From contig CAVYHD010000022.1 of the NCBI GenBank assembly GCA_963768075.1, forward strand, positions 45,802 through 109,801: a DNA stretch of 64,000 nt, written 5' to 3'. The translations under genes and the position numbers were made by a program. The stretch comes from Terriglobia bacterium (lineage in GTDB: Bacteria; Acidobacteriota; Terriglobia; Bryobacterales; Bryobacteraceae). This document shows, in pieces, positions 41,389-53,512 of this stretch; positions within the stretch are counted from its first letter, which is position 1; every line of letters starts with the position of its first letter. The notes below the pieces were generated by a model. The model was not told where the DNA came from. It saw only the letters and a program-made list of their open reading frames with translations, and made no database searches.

Positions 41389-42561
41389 CTACTTCAGCTC
41401 CCGTTTGAGCTGTGGGTCGAGGAAGCTCTCGCCGCTCACATCGCGCTCGAGCCGGTCTGTTTGCGCCCGCAGCATGCGCGCGGCGGCCGCCAATTCTTTG
41501 CGTCCTTCCTCTTTGCGGCCCACACGCACCAGGATTTGTCCTCTCAGGTAGTGCACACTGGCGCTCGCCTGATCGAGCCTGCCTGCGGTATCGAGGGCGG
41601 CGAGCGCTTGCGGATACTTTTCCTCTTTCCGGTAGAAACGGGCCAGCCCGAATGCGGAGCTCGCGATGTGCGAGTCGCGTCGCAGCGCTTCGCGGTAGTA
41701 CCGGGCGGCCTCGGCGTACTGCTCCAGATCCCACGAGACCCCACCCAACTGATCGTAGTTAAATGCCACTGCCGGCTCCAACGCCACATCTGCCAGGAAT
41801 TCCTTCTTGGCTCGCTCCAATTCGTGGCGCCGCCGGTAGGCCACGCCGAGAAAATAGTGGACGAATGGACGCTTCCCATCCATGGCGGCCGCGCGTTCGA
41901 GTGCGGCAACTGCGCGATCATTGTCCAACCGATGGAGATATGCCTTACCCATCACCATGTGAAACTCGGCGGAATCATTGCCGATCTCGAGCATGCGCTT
42001 GAGCGCGCGCTCCTCCACATCGCCGCGGCCCGCGTTGCCCGCCGCAATCGAGAGCACGTACAGGTATTGGAAATTTGCCTCTTCCTGGTCCCATAACGGC
42101 TCAAGAACACGAACCGCGTCGGCGTGCCGTTCCTGGAATAGGTAGCAGAGTCCCAGCAGATAGCCCGCCTGCGTCGAGCCAGGCATATCCCGCACGACCG
42201 ATTCGAACGGCGGTATTGCCGCCCTGAACTCGTTTTGCCGGTAGTAGACCAGCCCGATGTTCAGGCGAACTCCCGCCACAGACGGCGCCAGCTTCTCCGC
42301 TATCTCGAGTTCCACGAGAGCGTCCTTCCACCGCTTGCGTCGCATGTGGATGACCCCCAGATTCGCGTGGGCTCCCGGATCGTTCGCCTGAACGGCCAGC
42401 ACCTGCCGGAAAGCGGCCTCGGCCTGGACCAGATCGCCCTTCGCCAGAGCCCGCTCGCCGCGCTGGTAGGTCTCCCGGATGTCACTGTCGGCGCCGGCAA
42501 GACCCGCGGCCAGAAATAGCGCCAGGGTCCGACTCCTCCAGCGAAGCCCGAGGCGTGTCAC
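41389..42561 (-). CDS. TPR-repeat protein with signal peptide
   Basis: Repeated TPR consensus ('AEAAFRQVLAVQANDPGAHANLGVIHM' and similar). Confidence 0.8.
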   Translation of the reverse strand: MTRLGLRWRSRTLALFLAAGLAGADSDIRETYQRGERALAKGDLVQAEAAFRQVLAVQANDPGAHANLGVIHMRRKRWKDALVELEIAEKLAPSVAGVRLNIGLVYYRQNEFRAAIPPFESVVRDMPGSTQAGYLLGLCYLFQERHADAVRVLEPLWDQEEANFQYLYVLSIAAGNAGRGDVEERALKRMLEIGNDSAEFHMVMGKAYLHRLDNDRAVAALERAAAMDGKRPFVHYFLGVAYRRRHELERAKKEFLADVALEPAVAFNYDQLGGVSWDLEQYAEAARYYREALRRDSHIASSAFGLARFYRKEEKYPQALAALDTAGRLDQASASVHYLRGQILVRVGRKEEGRKELAAAARMLRAQTDRLERDVSGESFLDPQLKRELK

Positions 42562-42866
42562 TTGAACAGTTTACCCGAAAAATCCAGGTCGACCTCAAGC
42601 GCAGGTTAAGACGTAACTCATTGTGCAAGTGTCATTTGATGCTTGAATCTATGCGAAACGGGAGACGTCGCTCCCAAGAATTGGATCGCCAGGATTCTAG
42701 TGGAAAGCGATTAGCTTATGTTTCAATCGTTTGAAACTGGACAGTGTCCGTTTTCGGACGTGGCACAACGCGTGCTGATGCCAGGCCTGACCAAAACCGC
42801 TGACCGGAGTTGGGTGGTCCGGCCCCGCGGGAAGGCGGATATTTCCAGGTGCAAGGAGCTAAACGA

Positions 42867-45800
42867 ATGAAAAGCCTCCGGTACAGCGCATGTTTGCTGT
42901 TCCTGATTTTCACTGCCGTCGGCCTGTATGGACAGGAGAGCGGCTCGATCACCGGTACCGTCAGAGACAATACGGGCGCTGTGGTTCCTGGGGCTGAAGT
43001 CAACATTACGAGCCAGGCCCAAGGGGGGATCCAAAAGGTCACCACCAACTCGAATGGCGACTTCCTGGTGGCGGGACTTTCAGCGGGGACCTACGACATC
43101 ACGATCACCGCCAACGGCTTCAAGAAGTACGCGGCTACAGGGTGTGGTGCTGCGCGTCGGGCAGAAGGCGCGTGCCGACGCTACGCTGCAAGTCGGCGAG
43201 ATCACGACGGAGGTGACCATAGCGGGGGAAGCCGTGGCCGTAGGTGGAAACGCAATCCGCGGAGATATCGGGAATTGTCACCGGCAAGGAGATCAGCCAG
43301 ATCGTCCTGAACGGCCGCAATTTCTCGCAGCTTGTGACCCTGACGCCGGGCGTGAGCAATCAGACCGGTGAGGATGAAGGCACGGTCGGCATCATGGGCA
43401 ACGTCGCGATGAGCATCAACGGCGGCCGCACCGAATACAACAACTGGGAGATGGATGGCGGCGACAACATGGATAACGGCAGCAACAACGGGCTGAACGT
43501 CTATCCCAACGTGGATGCCATCGCCGAAGTCAAGGTGCTGACCTCGAACTACGGCGCGCAGTACGGCCGCAACGCGTCGGGCACGATTGAGACGGTAACC
43601 AAGTCCGGCACCAAGGGGTTCCACGGCGATCTGTTTGAGTTCGTCCGCAATGACGACTTTAACGCGCGAAATTTCTTCCAGGCGACGGTTCCCGAGTACA
43701 GGAAGAACGACTTCGGCTTACACCCTTGGGGGGCCGCTTTATATTCCCGGCTTTTACAACACGAAGAAAGAAAAAACATTCTTCTTCTGGTCCGAGGACT
43801 GGCGCCGGGAGATTATCCCCGGGCAAACCTTCGATCTTCAGGTTCCCTCGGCTGCCGAGCGGGCCGGAAACTTCTCTGATGTCTGCCCTGGGGCGGGTTC
43901 TATGGTAAACAAGACCGGATTCCCGGATTGCCCGGTGAATCCGAAGACCGGCTCCTATTTCCCGAACAACACGGTTCCCGTCGATCCTAACGCCGCGGCG
44001 CTGCTGACGCTGATGCCGGCGGCCAACGCGCCCAATAGCTACTACGATGCGGCTCCGGCCCAGCCCACGCATTGGCGCGAAGAGTTGGTTCGTATTGATC
44101 ACAATTTCAGCGACAACTTCCGGATTTTCGGTCACTTCATCCACGATTCCTGGAACACCGTTACGCCCGACTCCGCTTTGGGGCAACGGCGCGTCTTTCC
44201 CGACCATACAAACGGCGTTCAACGGCCCTGGCGTCAGGCCGTGTTGCCATGGCGGCCAACATTTCGCCCACGCTGTTGAATGAGTTCACTTTCAGCTACA
44301 CCACCGATCACATTTTCCTGAATGCGCTCGGCCCCGCACAGCGGCCGTCGACAATGACCATGACCGGCCTGTACAACAACGGTTTCGGCGGTCTGTTGCC
44401 GGCGGTCAGCGTAAGCGGCGGGATCAACTACGATACCGGCGGATTCCAACTCGACACCGGATACTTCCCCTGGAACAACGCCAACCCCACCTACACGTAC
44501 AAGGACCAGATCACCAAGATCATCGGCGGTCACAATCTTATATTTCGGCGCTTACCTGGTTCTGGCGGAGAAGAACGAGCAGAACAGCCCCTATGTTCAG
44601 GGCATCCTGAACTTCGACAACACGTCGCCGGTAACCACCGGCAATGCGTTTGCCGACATGCTGAATGGCGACATCCAGTCTTACACGCAGACCAATCTGA
44701 AAACGAAGTACTACAACCGCTACAAGATTGTCGAGCCTTACTTCCAGGACGACTGGCACATCACCAAGCGGCTCACGCTGAATCTGGGCGTGCGCTTGAG
44801 TCTGTTCGGAACCTACCGCGAGATACAACATCAAGCGTATAACTTCGATCCGGCAGCGTACCAACTTTCCGCCGCGCCACAGATCGATGCCACGGGCTCG
44901 GTAACGGGCCAAGCGGGCGCCATTATTCCCAACTCCGGCAATCCGTATACGGGACTGGTGCAATGCGGCGTCAACGGCGTGCCCGCGGGCTGCGCGAAAG
45001 GCCATTTGTTCAACCCGGCTCCACGCCTGGGCTTTGCTTTCGATCCGTTCGGGGACGGTAAATCCTCCATTCGCGGTGGCTACGGCGTATTTTTCGAGCA
45101 CACCAACGGCAACGAAGGCAACACCGAATCGCTCGAAGGGAGCCCTCCGCTGGTGCTCACGGGAACGCAGTACGATATCGTCGGCTATACCAAAATCGGC
45201 GGAGGTGGCGTGCAATTTCCGCTGAACGTCAATGCCATTCCGACGGTAGCTCGCTGGCCCTACGTGCAGCAGTGGAACCTGAGCGTGCAGCGTGAGTTGG
45301 CCAAGGGCACGATTCTCACCGTGGCGTACGTGGGCAGCAAGGGCACGCACCTTTCGCTCCAGACCGACATCAACCAGCTATACCCGATTTCGGCGGCGCA
45401 GAATCCATATCCAGCCGGGCAGGCTATGACGCAGGCGGACTGCAACAACGGTACTGTCAATGGCGTGGCTCCGACCGGGGCGGCTGCTATACAGTTTGGC
45501 ACCGCGTGTGGCAATAGCCCCGCCCCCTTCGTCCCGTACCGCGGCTACGGCACCATCACCGGGCTGTTTCCGCAAGCCAACTCGAACTACAACTCGATGC
45601 AGGTGTCCGTACACCGGCACATCGGCGCCCTGAGCTTCGATCTGGCGTACACGTGGAGCCACTCGCTCGATGACTCCTCTGACCGTTATGATGGCGGCTT
45701 CGTCAATTCCTACAACTGGGCGCAAACGTACGCCAGCTCGAATTTCGACCAGCGCCAGATTCTGAATATCGGCTACGTCTACGACCTTCCGTTCTTCACC

Positions 45801-46337
45801 GAGGCGGGTCTAAGCCACAAGCTGCTGGGTGGGTGGCAGGTTTCCGGGCTCACCACCTTCCAGTCCGGCGAACCTTTCAGTGTCAGCGACGGCCTCTTCA
45901 ACTCCGGTGTGGGCAACGGGACGGGCACTGGATCGTTTCTAGATCAGATTGGGAACCCCAATTCCGTCACGCAGCAAAATGTTGCGGGTGTTGTCGGCCC
46001 ACTGCTGTTCAATCCGTCCGCCTTTGCTGCGCCACAAGGGCTGACTTTCGGCACCGCGCAGCGCAATGCTTTGAACATCCCTCATCGAACGCAATTTGAC
46101 CTGGGCCTGTTCAAGTATTTCCAGGTCCGGGAGAGCAAGAGCTTTGAATTCCGTGCCGAGGGTTTCAACATCTTCAATCACACGCAGTTCAACGGCGTTA
46201 ACGGCGGCACGAGCTGCTTCGCTGGATCGGACTTCTCCGCCGGGGACGCGAGCTGCCTCGCCAACAACAACTTCCTGCGCCCGAGCGGGGCGCACAACCC
46301 GCGCATCCTGCAATTGGGCGCGAAGTTCATTTTCTAA
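42867..46337 (+). pseudogene. TonB-dependent receptor (CarboxypepD_reg + plug + barrel); about 6 frame breaks in the first half
   Basis: AAGGAG RBS followed by 'MKSLRYSACLLFLIFTAVGLYGQESGSITGTVRDNTGAVVPGAEV'. Breaks lie near 43140, 43245, 43718, 44165, 44232 and 44540. The gene reads cleanly from about 44540 to the C-terminal 'LQLGAKFIF'. Confidence 0.85.
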
Positions 46338-46355
46338 TCCCGGCGTTCCGCTATT

Positions 46356-46385
46356 CAGGCCAGTATCATCAGTGATGCTGGCCTG
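46356..46385. terminator. Strong 13-bp hairpin between convergent genes (probable bidirectional terminator)
   Basis: CAGGCCAGTATCA-tcag-TGATGCTGGCCTG (one G-T wobble pair), read directly. No U-tract on either side. Confidence 0.5.
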
Positions 46386-46420
46386 GTCAAAATACTCGCG
46401 GCATGGGTCGGGTGACCGGT

Positions 46421-49156
46421 TCACCGTTCTTGACTGACATTCCATCCGTCCAACTGGAGATCCGCCTTGACGGGCGCGGAGCCAGGGAGCGTGTACTTGG
46501 CCCTCAGGCTTCGCCGCTCTCCGGGCAACAGAGAGATAAAGTTGTCGTCCCATTTCACCGGCAGAAGTTCCTTGCTGTCACTGCCGTTCACAACTTGTGC
46601 ATGGATGAAGAACGCCAGGTGCGGACTCGGATTTTCAATCGTAACCGAGACAACGCCATCGGTTCCTTGGCTCGTATACAGCACTGAGGCTTTGAGCTTA
46701 ACTGGGGGCAGGTTTTTCAGATCGCTGAAGTCTGCAAACGATTTCTCCGGCGTATAGTATCCGTCTCCCTTTTCCCAATCCATCACATCGGGCTTTTGGG
46801 AGAGCCAGTAGAAATTCGAACTGATTTCCTTCCCGGACGTGTCTTCTAAGTCAAGCCGGACGAAATAGGTGCCAGTCAATGACGGCATCGCCGGAATGGT
46901 AAAGACTCTGGCCACACTGTCTGAATTGGCCGTGACGATAGCGCTGTTTGAGTATTTTTCCTGCATGTTCAAATCGTATACTCGGGCGCGAGCTGTCAAC
47001 CGCTCGAAATTCTCGTAATAGGCGTTGACCACAACGACAGAGTGATCATCGTATGAATACTGGATGTGCAGAGGCTCGCAGGCCTTCTTTGTTCCGAAGT
47101 ACCCGCCGCCGGGACGAAGATAATAGTCGTAAAGATGCCAGATCACGGAAGGCCAGGCGTTGTTCAACATCCATTGAATTACACCTGTCGCATTGTACTT
47201 ATTGGCGGAATACGCCTCAAACATGGCACGTTCGCCTTCATAAGCGCTAACGTCCGACTTGAGTACAAAGTCCTCAATCTTCGTCGACGGCCCATATCGA
47301 GACCCGAGCACATGATCGTAAACGTCAAGATTCCGTGGCACGTCGCGGCCCGCATGGAAGGTCCAGTAATCGTCCAGCGGCCAAAGATGTTCCGGCGGCA
47401 GAAACTTCCGCAGACTGTCGAGAGATGGAATCGCAGCGCCCGGGCTCGTTTCTGTGTTGAAGCCAAACGCTCCGCCGCGAGTATGGTCGGTCGACCAGTA
47501 GACCGGGGGCACATACTCGTAGGGACCGGTCATCTTAAGACCCGTCGCACCGGTGACCGATGACGGCGCCTGCGATGCTGAGGACTGAAAAGGATTCGGC
47601 CAGTCGAGTTCCTTAAGGATCCGGACGTAGGTCGCCTCAACGTTGGGTGGAGGAGGATAATCGCTGCCGTTGAGCCAGTCGAAAACGGATGGATGGATGC
47701 GCAGACGGCGAACCTGGTCGCGCAGAGATTCTGCCGAAATGCGGAAATCCTCCGGCTTCCAATTGTTCCACTTTTCCCAGTGATCGCAGCAGGACCAGCC
47801 CGCCATGACCAGAACTCCCCGGCGGTCACAAAGGTTCAGGAAATTTTCATCCTCCAGCTTTCCTTCGAGCCGAATCGCGTTCAGGTTCATGTCGACGACG
47901 TATGCGATCTCGGCTTCCTGCCGTTCCGGAGACACGCGAAGTAACATGTCCGGAGCCCATCCGGCGCCTCGAATCAGAATCCGCTTGCCGTTAATCTTGA
48001 AAATTCGTGATCCGTTTTCGTTCAGCTCCGAGCTAACTTCGCGAATCCCAAAATGCGCTGTCTCGGCGTCGGAGACGCTTCCATTGATCTCGAACCATAG
48101 CTTGATCTCGTAGAGGTGCTGCGGACCCAGCTTCGCAGGCCACCAAAGGCGCGGATGCTGCACGGCCAGTTGTGGATACTCATCGGCGGAAAATCCTGCC
48201 ACCCTGGTTTCCTTGGCGCCGAGTTCCACCTGCCTGGAAAACTTCGTATCTCCGATCTGGCCATGAAGCACTCCCCGCACGGAATTATCGGTTGCGTTAG
48301 ACAATTCCGCCGTTACCGTGAGGCGTGCCGAGTCGAGCGAAGGCGACGGAAAGCGGCTGACGACGTGAGGCCAGCGAATCGCGACGGGCCCCGTGGTTGT
48401 AAGATAGACATCGCGCCAGAGGCCCGTATTTTTGTCCGGCGGCGCAGGGTTCCAGTCGACCCAGGTAATCGAAAGGTCGTTCGGTTGAGGGGGGTATACC
48501 TGCACGGCAAGAACATTTCGTTTGCGGCGCAGGACGGTGTCGGTCACGTCAAACTCGAAGAACCGCCAAGCGCCCGCGGTTGTTGTGGAGGCCGCGATGG
48601 CGCGTCCGTTCAGCCACACATTCGCTCGGAAGTTGATGCCGTCGAAGTGCAGCCACACTCTCCGCCCCAGCGACTGATCGGATAAGTAAAAGTCCTTTCG
48701 GAACCACCACGAAGACCGGAACGGACTATCGGGTGGCATAGAAACATTCGAGAAATTGTGTTCGGGATAACTCATGCCGGCACGCGTGGAGTAACCCGCG
48801 CCAGGCAGTGAAGCCAGGTTCGTCCCGAAGTAAGGATCGGGATAGACCTTGTTGTCAACGAGCGCCGCCAGCACCGTTGTGGGCACCGAAGTCGCATACC
48901 ATCCCTCAGGCGTGAACGCCGTAGTGGAGATCAGAGCGCCACTTTCGGTAACTTTATCCGAGGATTGGAGAAGCCATCTCTCGTGTAGCAGGGTGCGAGA
49001 AAACGCGCCTAAATCGCCTAATTGTCCCGCCATCGTGAACGGACAAGTCAGTGCCCATAAGACTAACGTTCCGACTGTCATCTGAGGCCGAGCTGCCGAA
49101 ACTGGCATTACACCATGATAACGGTCAGGGGTTGCAGCCGTTACGAAGCGGGCCAA
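46421..49156 (-). CDS. Glycoside hydrolase family 2 (beta-mannosidase / exo-beta-D-glucosaminidase subgroup)
   Basis: 'LWWPAKLGPQHLYEIKLWF', 'ILIRGAGWAPDMLLR' and 'NLNAIRLEGKLEDENFLNLCDRRGVLVMAGWSCCDHWEKW'. The true start may be 49081 ('MTVGTLVLWALTCPFTMA'). Confidence 0.85.
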   Translation of the reverse strand: MARFVTAATPDRYHGVMPVSAARPQMTVGTLVLWALTCPFTMAGQLGDLGAFSRTLLHERWLLQSSDKVTESGALISTTAFTPEGWYATSVPTTVLAALVDNKVYPDPYFGTNLASLPGAGYSTRAGMSYPEHNFSNVSMPPDSPFRSSWWFRKDFYLSDQSLGRRVWLHFDGINFRANVWLNGRAIAASTTTAGAWRFFEFDVTDTVLRRKRNVLAVQVYPPQPNDLSITWVDWNPAPPDKNTGLWRDVYLTTTGPVAIRWPHVVSRFPSPSLDSARLTVTAELSNATDNSVRGVLHGQIGDTKFSRQVELGAKETRVAGFSADEYPQLAVQHPRLWWPAKLGPQHLYEIKLWFEINGSVSDAETAHFGIREVSSELNENGSRIFKINGKRILIRGAGWAPDMLLRVSPERQEAEIAYVVDMNLNAIRLEGKLEDENFLNLCDRRGVLVMAGWSCCDHWEKWNNWKPEDFRISAESLRDQVRRLRIHPSVFDWLNGSDYPPPPNVEATYVRILKELDWPNPFQSSASQAPSSVTGATGLKMTGPYEYVPPVYWSTDHTRGGAFGFNTETSPGAAIPSLDSLRKFLPPEHLWPLDDYWTFHAGRDVPRNLDVYDHVLGSRYGPSTKIEDFVLKSDVSAYEGERAMFEAYSANKYNATGVIQWMLNNAWPSVIWHLYDYYLRPGGGYFGTKKACEPLHIQYSYDDHSVVVVNAYYENFERLTARARVYDLNMQEKYSNSAIVTANSDSVARVFTIPAMPSLTGTYFVRLDLEDTSGKEISSNFYWLSQKPDVMDWEKGDGYYTPEKSFADFSDLKNLPPVKLKASVLYTSQGTDGVVSVTIENPSPHLAFFIHAQVVNGSDSKELLPVKWDDNFISLLPGERRSLRAKYTLPGSAPVKADLQLDGWNVSQER

Positions 49157-49229
49157 ACTTGGCGCTCGTGATGTCGCCTCGACTGCCCCCGGTCTGTCAA
49201 AGCCGTCGTATAAGTAAACAACCCGGTCA

Positions 49230-52200
49230 TTAGAAATGAAACTTGACCGCGGCCTGAATCAACCGTGGCGCAGCCGCACTCACTACACTACCGAAATTCG
49301 GGTCGTTGATTTCGCCGTCAACCGCGGATGGGCCGTAGAACTGGGCGTGGTTGAACACATTGAATGCTTCGACGCGAATATCCAACGATTTCGATTCCGT
49401 GATTGGCACCGTTTTGCTGATCTGCATGTCGAAGTTCTCGATACCCGGGCCATAGAAGAAGCGGCGCGCCGCGTTCCCTAACTGTCCGAGCGTCTCCGGC
49501 GCAAACAGACTGGTATTGAATTCAGGCCGGCCGTTGCGCGGATTGGTATTGATTTCGAGCGGTCCCGACATCATCTGCGGCGTGTCGAGCAGTTCATTGT
49601 TGACGCCGTTGCCAAGTGTTCCCAGCAGAGACCGGTCAGAATCGTCGGCAAGCGTCACCGGGAATCCCGTACTGAACCGGGTTGTTCCAGAAAGGCTCCA
49701 GCCCTCCGTCAAGCCGGTTGCGACGGAATAACTGATCGAATGGTAAGGCATAGGTATAGGTCGCCACGAAGTTCTGCGTCATGTCCCACGAGGAAATTAC
49801 GCGGGTGAGGCGCGCATTGAACGGATTGGTTTGCTCGCCCAGATTCGACGCCTCATCGATCGATTTCGAATACGTATAACCGACCAAAACCGTGGTTCGG
49901 TTGCTGGTGGCTAATCGCAGATTGACTTCGAGAGCGTTGTAATCCGAATTGCCGACGGACTTTTGCGCCGTCGTCGATCCGAAGCTAGGACCTAGCCCAA
50001 CCCGAGTTCCCTGGTACATTCTTCCCGATGCGGATGTGTAGGCGGCATCTTCGCCGAAGGGGCCGCAGGTGGAGCTTCCCGGCGCTACTTCGCTCGGCTG
50101 GCTGAGGCTGAGACACAAGCGCCGGATTGCCCAAGTTCGCCGGAACCAGGACCAGGAGATGATGGCCCTCATTGCCCGCATAGCTAACCGTCAACAGAGC
50201 GCTTTTGCGTAATTGTCGCTGAATTGAAAACATGTAGTTTTCGGTATAAGGCACACTGTTCCGGTAGTAGAAGTAAGGGTCTGCGCTGATCGGAGTGACG
50301 GCAGCGAAATCGAACCCCGTGTACGGATTTTTTGCAGAGACATTATGCGGCGGGAAGTTCAACGGGAATGGATCGGTATTCTCGGCGCCATTAGCCGAGT
50401 TGATATACGGCGTAGCAAACAGCGGCGGTTCCGGACTCAGATAGTTGTATCCGTAGGGAGGCACGCCATACATGATCCCTGCCGTTAATCCAGGAAATGC
50501 CGTGTAGAAAATGCCATAGCTTGCGCGAATGCTGCTCTTTCCCGGCTCGCCAACGAGAGTCTTTAGAAATCCATTGTCGAAGTTGGGAGAGTATGCGACG
50601 CCGACTCTGGGAGCGAAGTTGTGTAACTGCGAAGGCGACAACGTTGGCGGAATGCCGGGATCGCCCGGCACAACCAATCCATTCATTGCGTTGGGATAAA
50701 GCACCGATTGCTCGCCCGGAACCATGGTCTGGATCTGATTGTACTTTTCCCACCATGGCATGATGAGGTCCCAGCGCACGCCGAGGTTCAGGGTAAGATT
50801 GCTTCTCGCCCGCCAGCTATCTTCCGCGAAAGCTGCGCCGTATCGATTCCGCAAATAGAAGTGTGCGCCCGAGGTCTGCGTAAAGTTACTCGGAAACCCC
50901 AGTAGAAAATCAGCGAAGGCTGAGCCTGTTTCGGTTCCGTCGATATTGAACGTTCCATTGAACGTGGCATTCGGATCTTCATTGACTTGATCGTAGTGAA
51001 ACTGGCCGCCGAATTTGAGCGTATGGGCGCCGACAACCTTCGATACCGTGTTACTCAGATAAATCGTGTTGTTCCACTGATCTACGTTTGTGATCGGAAC
51101 CCCCATGACGAAAGACGGAAATACAATGTTCTCGACACCCTCAAACTGCGGCGCCTGGACGATTATGCCCGGTGTGCCGACGCCCGTCACGAAGCCTTGC
51201 GACTGAAGGGTTACTCCCAGACCGCCGTGCGGCTGGCCGATATTGTTCACATTTCGAAGTAAGCCGATGTGAAACTCGTTCACGGTCGTAGCGCCAAGGA
51301 CCTTGGTGTCGCCGATGGTAAGCATCTGCGCCTGGCCGATGGTTAAGGCATCGAATCCGGGTATGCTCGCTCCGCCCTGGCCGCCGGGATACGGATTATC
51401 CAGCCGGTAATTGTCGACGAAATAGTAACCAAAAAGCTGACCGAAACGTGTATTCGCATCGAGACGGACGCCGCCCTTGTCATCCCGCACAGTCTCCGGG
51501 TACGCGGAGGTGGCGAACAGATTCGTCCCTATGTTGGGCTGCGGGATATATTTCAGAAGATTCACTGCCGGCGACGACCACGCCCTGGTTGGGATCACGG
51601 CGTTTGGAAATACGCAGTTCGATGTGCTGGAACAGCCGGGCGCGTAGTAGGGCTCGCCTTGGGAAACGCCGTAGCCCGAGCTCTTGCGTGAGCAGCTTGG
51701 CCGTATAGGTCCCGCTCACAGTTCCCGTCAACGTACTCGCCATATCGCTCAGGTTTCCGGCACGATCCTGCAGGGAGGGCACGGACGTTTCTGGCGAATT
51801 GATGCCCTCCACCGTGCGCGTTCCCTGATAGTCGACAAAGAAAAAGAGCTTGTTCTTTATAATCGGACCGCCGACCACGCCGCCAAATTGATTCTGCCGG
51901 AAGGCGCCTCGTGTACTGTCGAAGAAATTTCGGGCGTCCAAGTCTGTATTTCGCAGAAACTCGAATGCATCGCCATGAAACGCGTTGCTGCCGGACTTCG
52001 TCACCACGTTAATCATCCCGCCGTTATAATTTCCGTATTCGGGATCGAAGTTGTTCGTCAGAACGCGGAACTGCTGGATCGAGTCCAGGTTCGGGATGAT
52101 CGATGTTCCCCCATTCATGTGCTCCTGCACGTCGATGGAATTCATCATGAATCCGTTCGACGATTCCCGTTGGCCATCGATCGAGACATCGCCCGGATTC

Positions 52201-52789
52201 AGATCGCCGGATGGGTTGATCGTTCCCGTCACGCCCGCCATGATCACCGAGGTTGGCGTCAGTGTCGTCACCGGGGTTACACCGGGTTGAATCGCGAGGA
52301 GGTCCGTGTAGCTGCGCCCGTTCAGCGGTAATGCCTCGATCTGCCGGTCGGATACAACCTCGCCGAGATGCGTCGCCACCGTGTCGACCTGCGTCTGCAT
52401 TGCCTCTTCGGATTCGTTAACCGTGACCGCCTCAGATCGTTGACCTACCTGCATTACGGTGTCAATGCGGAGAGCAGCATCAGTATCGACGGTGAGATTC
52501 GTTTTTTGCTGCTTCTGGAATTCGGTTGCCTCAATCGTCAAATCGTAATGGCCAACGGGAAGCGCTGGGAAGGAATAGAAGCCCTGCGCGTCGGAGGTCA
52601 CTTTAAACGTCGGTCTTAAGGGTAGTGTTGATCAGCGTGAGTTTGGCGCCAGGAATCGCGGCGCCGCTCGGATCCTTGACCACGCCCGGAGAGGCTCCCT
52701 GCGGCGAATGCCCAGACCCAGGCGGCCGGAACGACAACAAGTGCCGTGAGCTTCGTCAATCGTCTCGTTTTACGAAATCTTTCCCTCAT
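49230..52789 (-). pseudogene. TonB-dependent receptor (CarboxypepD_reg type); about 5 frame breaks
   Basis: The ATG at 52789 gives 'MRERFRKTRRLTKLTALVVVPAAWVWA'. Next come 'VKDPSGAAIPGAKLTLINT', 'TSDAQGFYSFPALPVGHYDLTIEATEF', the plug 'LPLNGRSYTDLLAIQPGV', and the C-terminal 'IQAAVKFHF'. Breaks lie near 52685, 52608, 51680, 50120 and 49725. Confidence 0.85.
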
Positions 52790-52983
52790 GAGAAAACCCT
52801 TCTACGAGCGCTATCCTTTGGTGCTACGAACGGATATTTCGTGATACTATCATGCGGTAGTACGAATGTTCAAGATGTATTACGACTTGAGAGGCCATTT
52901 TGGATTTGTGTTTGTGCGAATGGAGTTTGGCCGAAGGCGCTGGGATTGCCCAAGCCATTGCTTCACGCGGCGCGGGCTGATGA

Positions 52984-53150
52984 GTGATACCGCGCGGCGC
53001 CGGCGTGGCTGCAGCCCTAAACCGGCGTGGCCCTTACGAGATTATCTGGTTGATTGGTGCTGAAGGAATGGTGAGGTGTACCGCGCGCGACGCATGTCTA
53101 GATCGCACCGTCGCCATCAAAGTCCTGCTGCCTCATCTCTCCTGTGGCCC
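52984..53150 (+). pseudogene. Remnant of a Ser/Thr protein kinase N-terminus (first ~45 codons only)
   Basis: 'GPYEIIWLIGAEGM...LDRTVAIKVLLPHLS' resembles the glycine loop plus VAIK lysine of Hanks kinases. The loop itself is out of frame or mutated. No kinase sequence follows after about 53150. Confidence 0.5.
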
Positions 53151-53512
53151 TAGGGGGGCTCGGGCTTGGGCAGAACGTCGGCAGCCAGAAGGACCACCGA
53201 TGTAACCACCGGCCCGCCCACAATTCTTCGCAAAAGCAAACTCTGTTCCGAATGCCCAGCAACAACCGCCGGGCCGGAGTCTCCACCAGTTAACAAGCCG
53301 TTGCGGTCATCTACCCGCAATTCACCGTGAGGCTGGGTGTCCGCTGAGTGGCAGGTGTAGCAGCGGTTGATGAGGACGGGGCGAACCTTCTTCTCGAAAA
53401 ACTCTATCTGCTCCGGCGTTGCCTTCGGCTCGGCAGCTGCGGCGATTTCTGGGCCCAGGGCTACTGCCAAGATCAACCATCCCGCACTGCCTCTTCTCGA
53501 AACGATGTTCAT
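53150..53512 (-). pseudogene. N-terminal fragment (signal peptide + PSCyt1 haem-like motif) of a DUF1549/DUF1553-type protein
   Basis: '[32 protein letters not shown]...[22 protein letters not shown]', then a stop after 120 codons. Full-length relatives, such as 25029-28010, are about 1000 aa. Confidence 0.65.

Noticed and set aside
42715-42770. Hairpins (GTTTCAA-tcgt-TTGAAAC, GTCCG-tttt-CGGAC) in the leader of TonB receptor 42867-46337 as a possible riboswitch
   Set aside because: No cobalamin B12-box, TPP or other conserved riboswitch core sequence is present. Short hairpins alone are not diagnostic.
52795-52890. Recurrent TACGA pentamers (about 52801, 52825, 52861, 52881) upstream of the second TonB receptor as operator sites
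   Set aside because: The motif is too short, the spacing is irregular (24, 36, 20 nt), and there is no palindromic partner. This is not distinguishable from chance.
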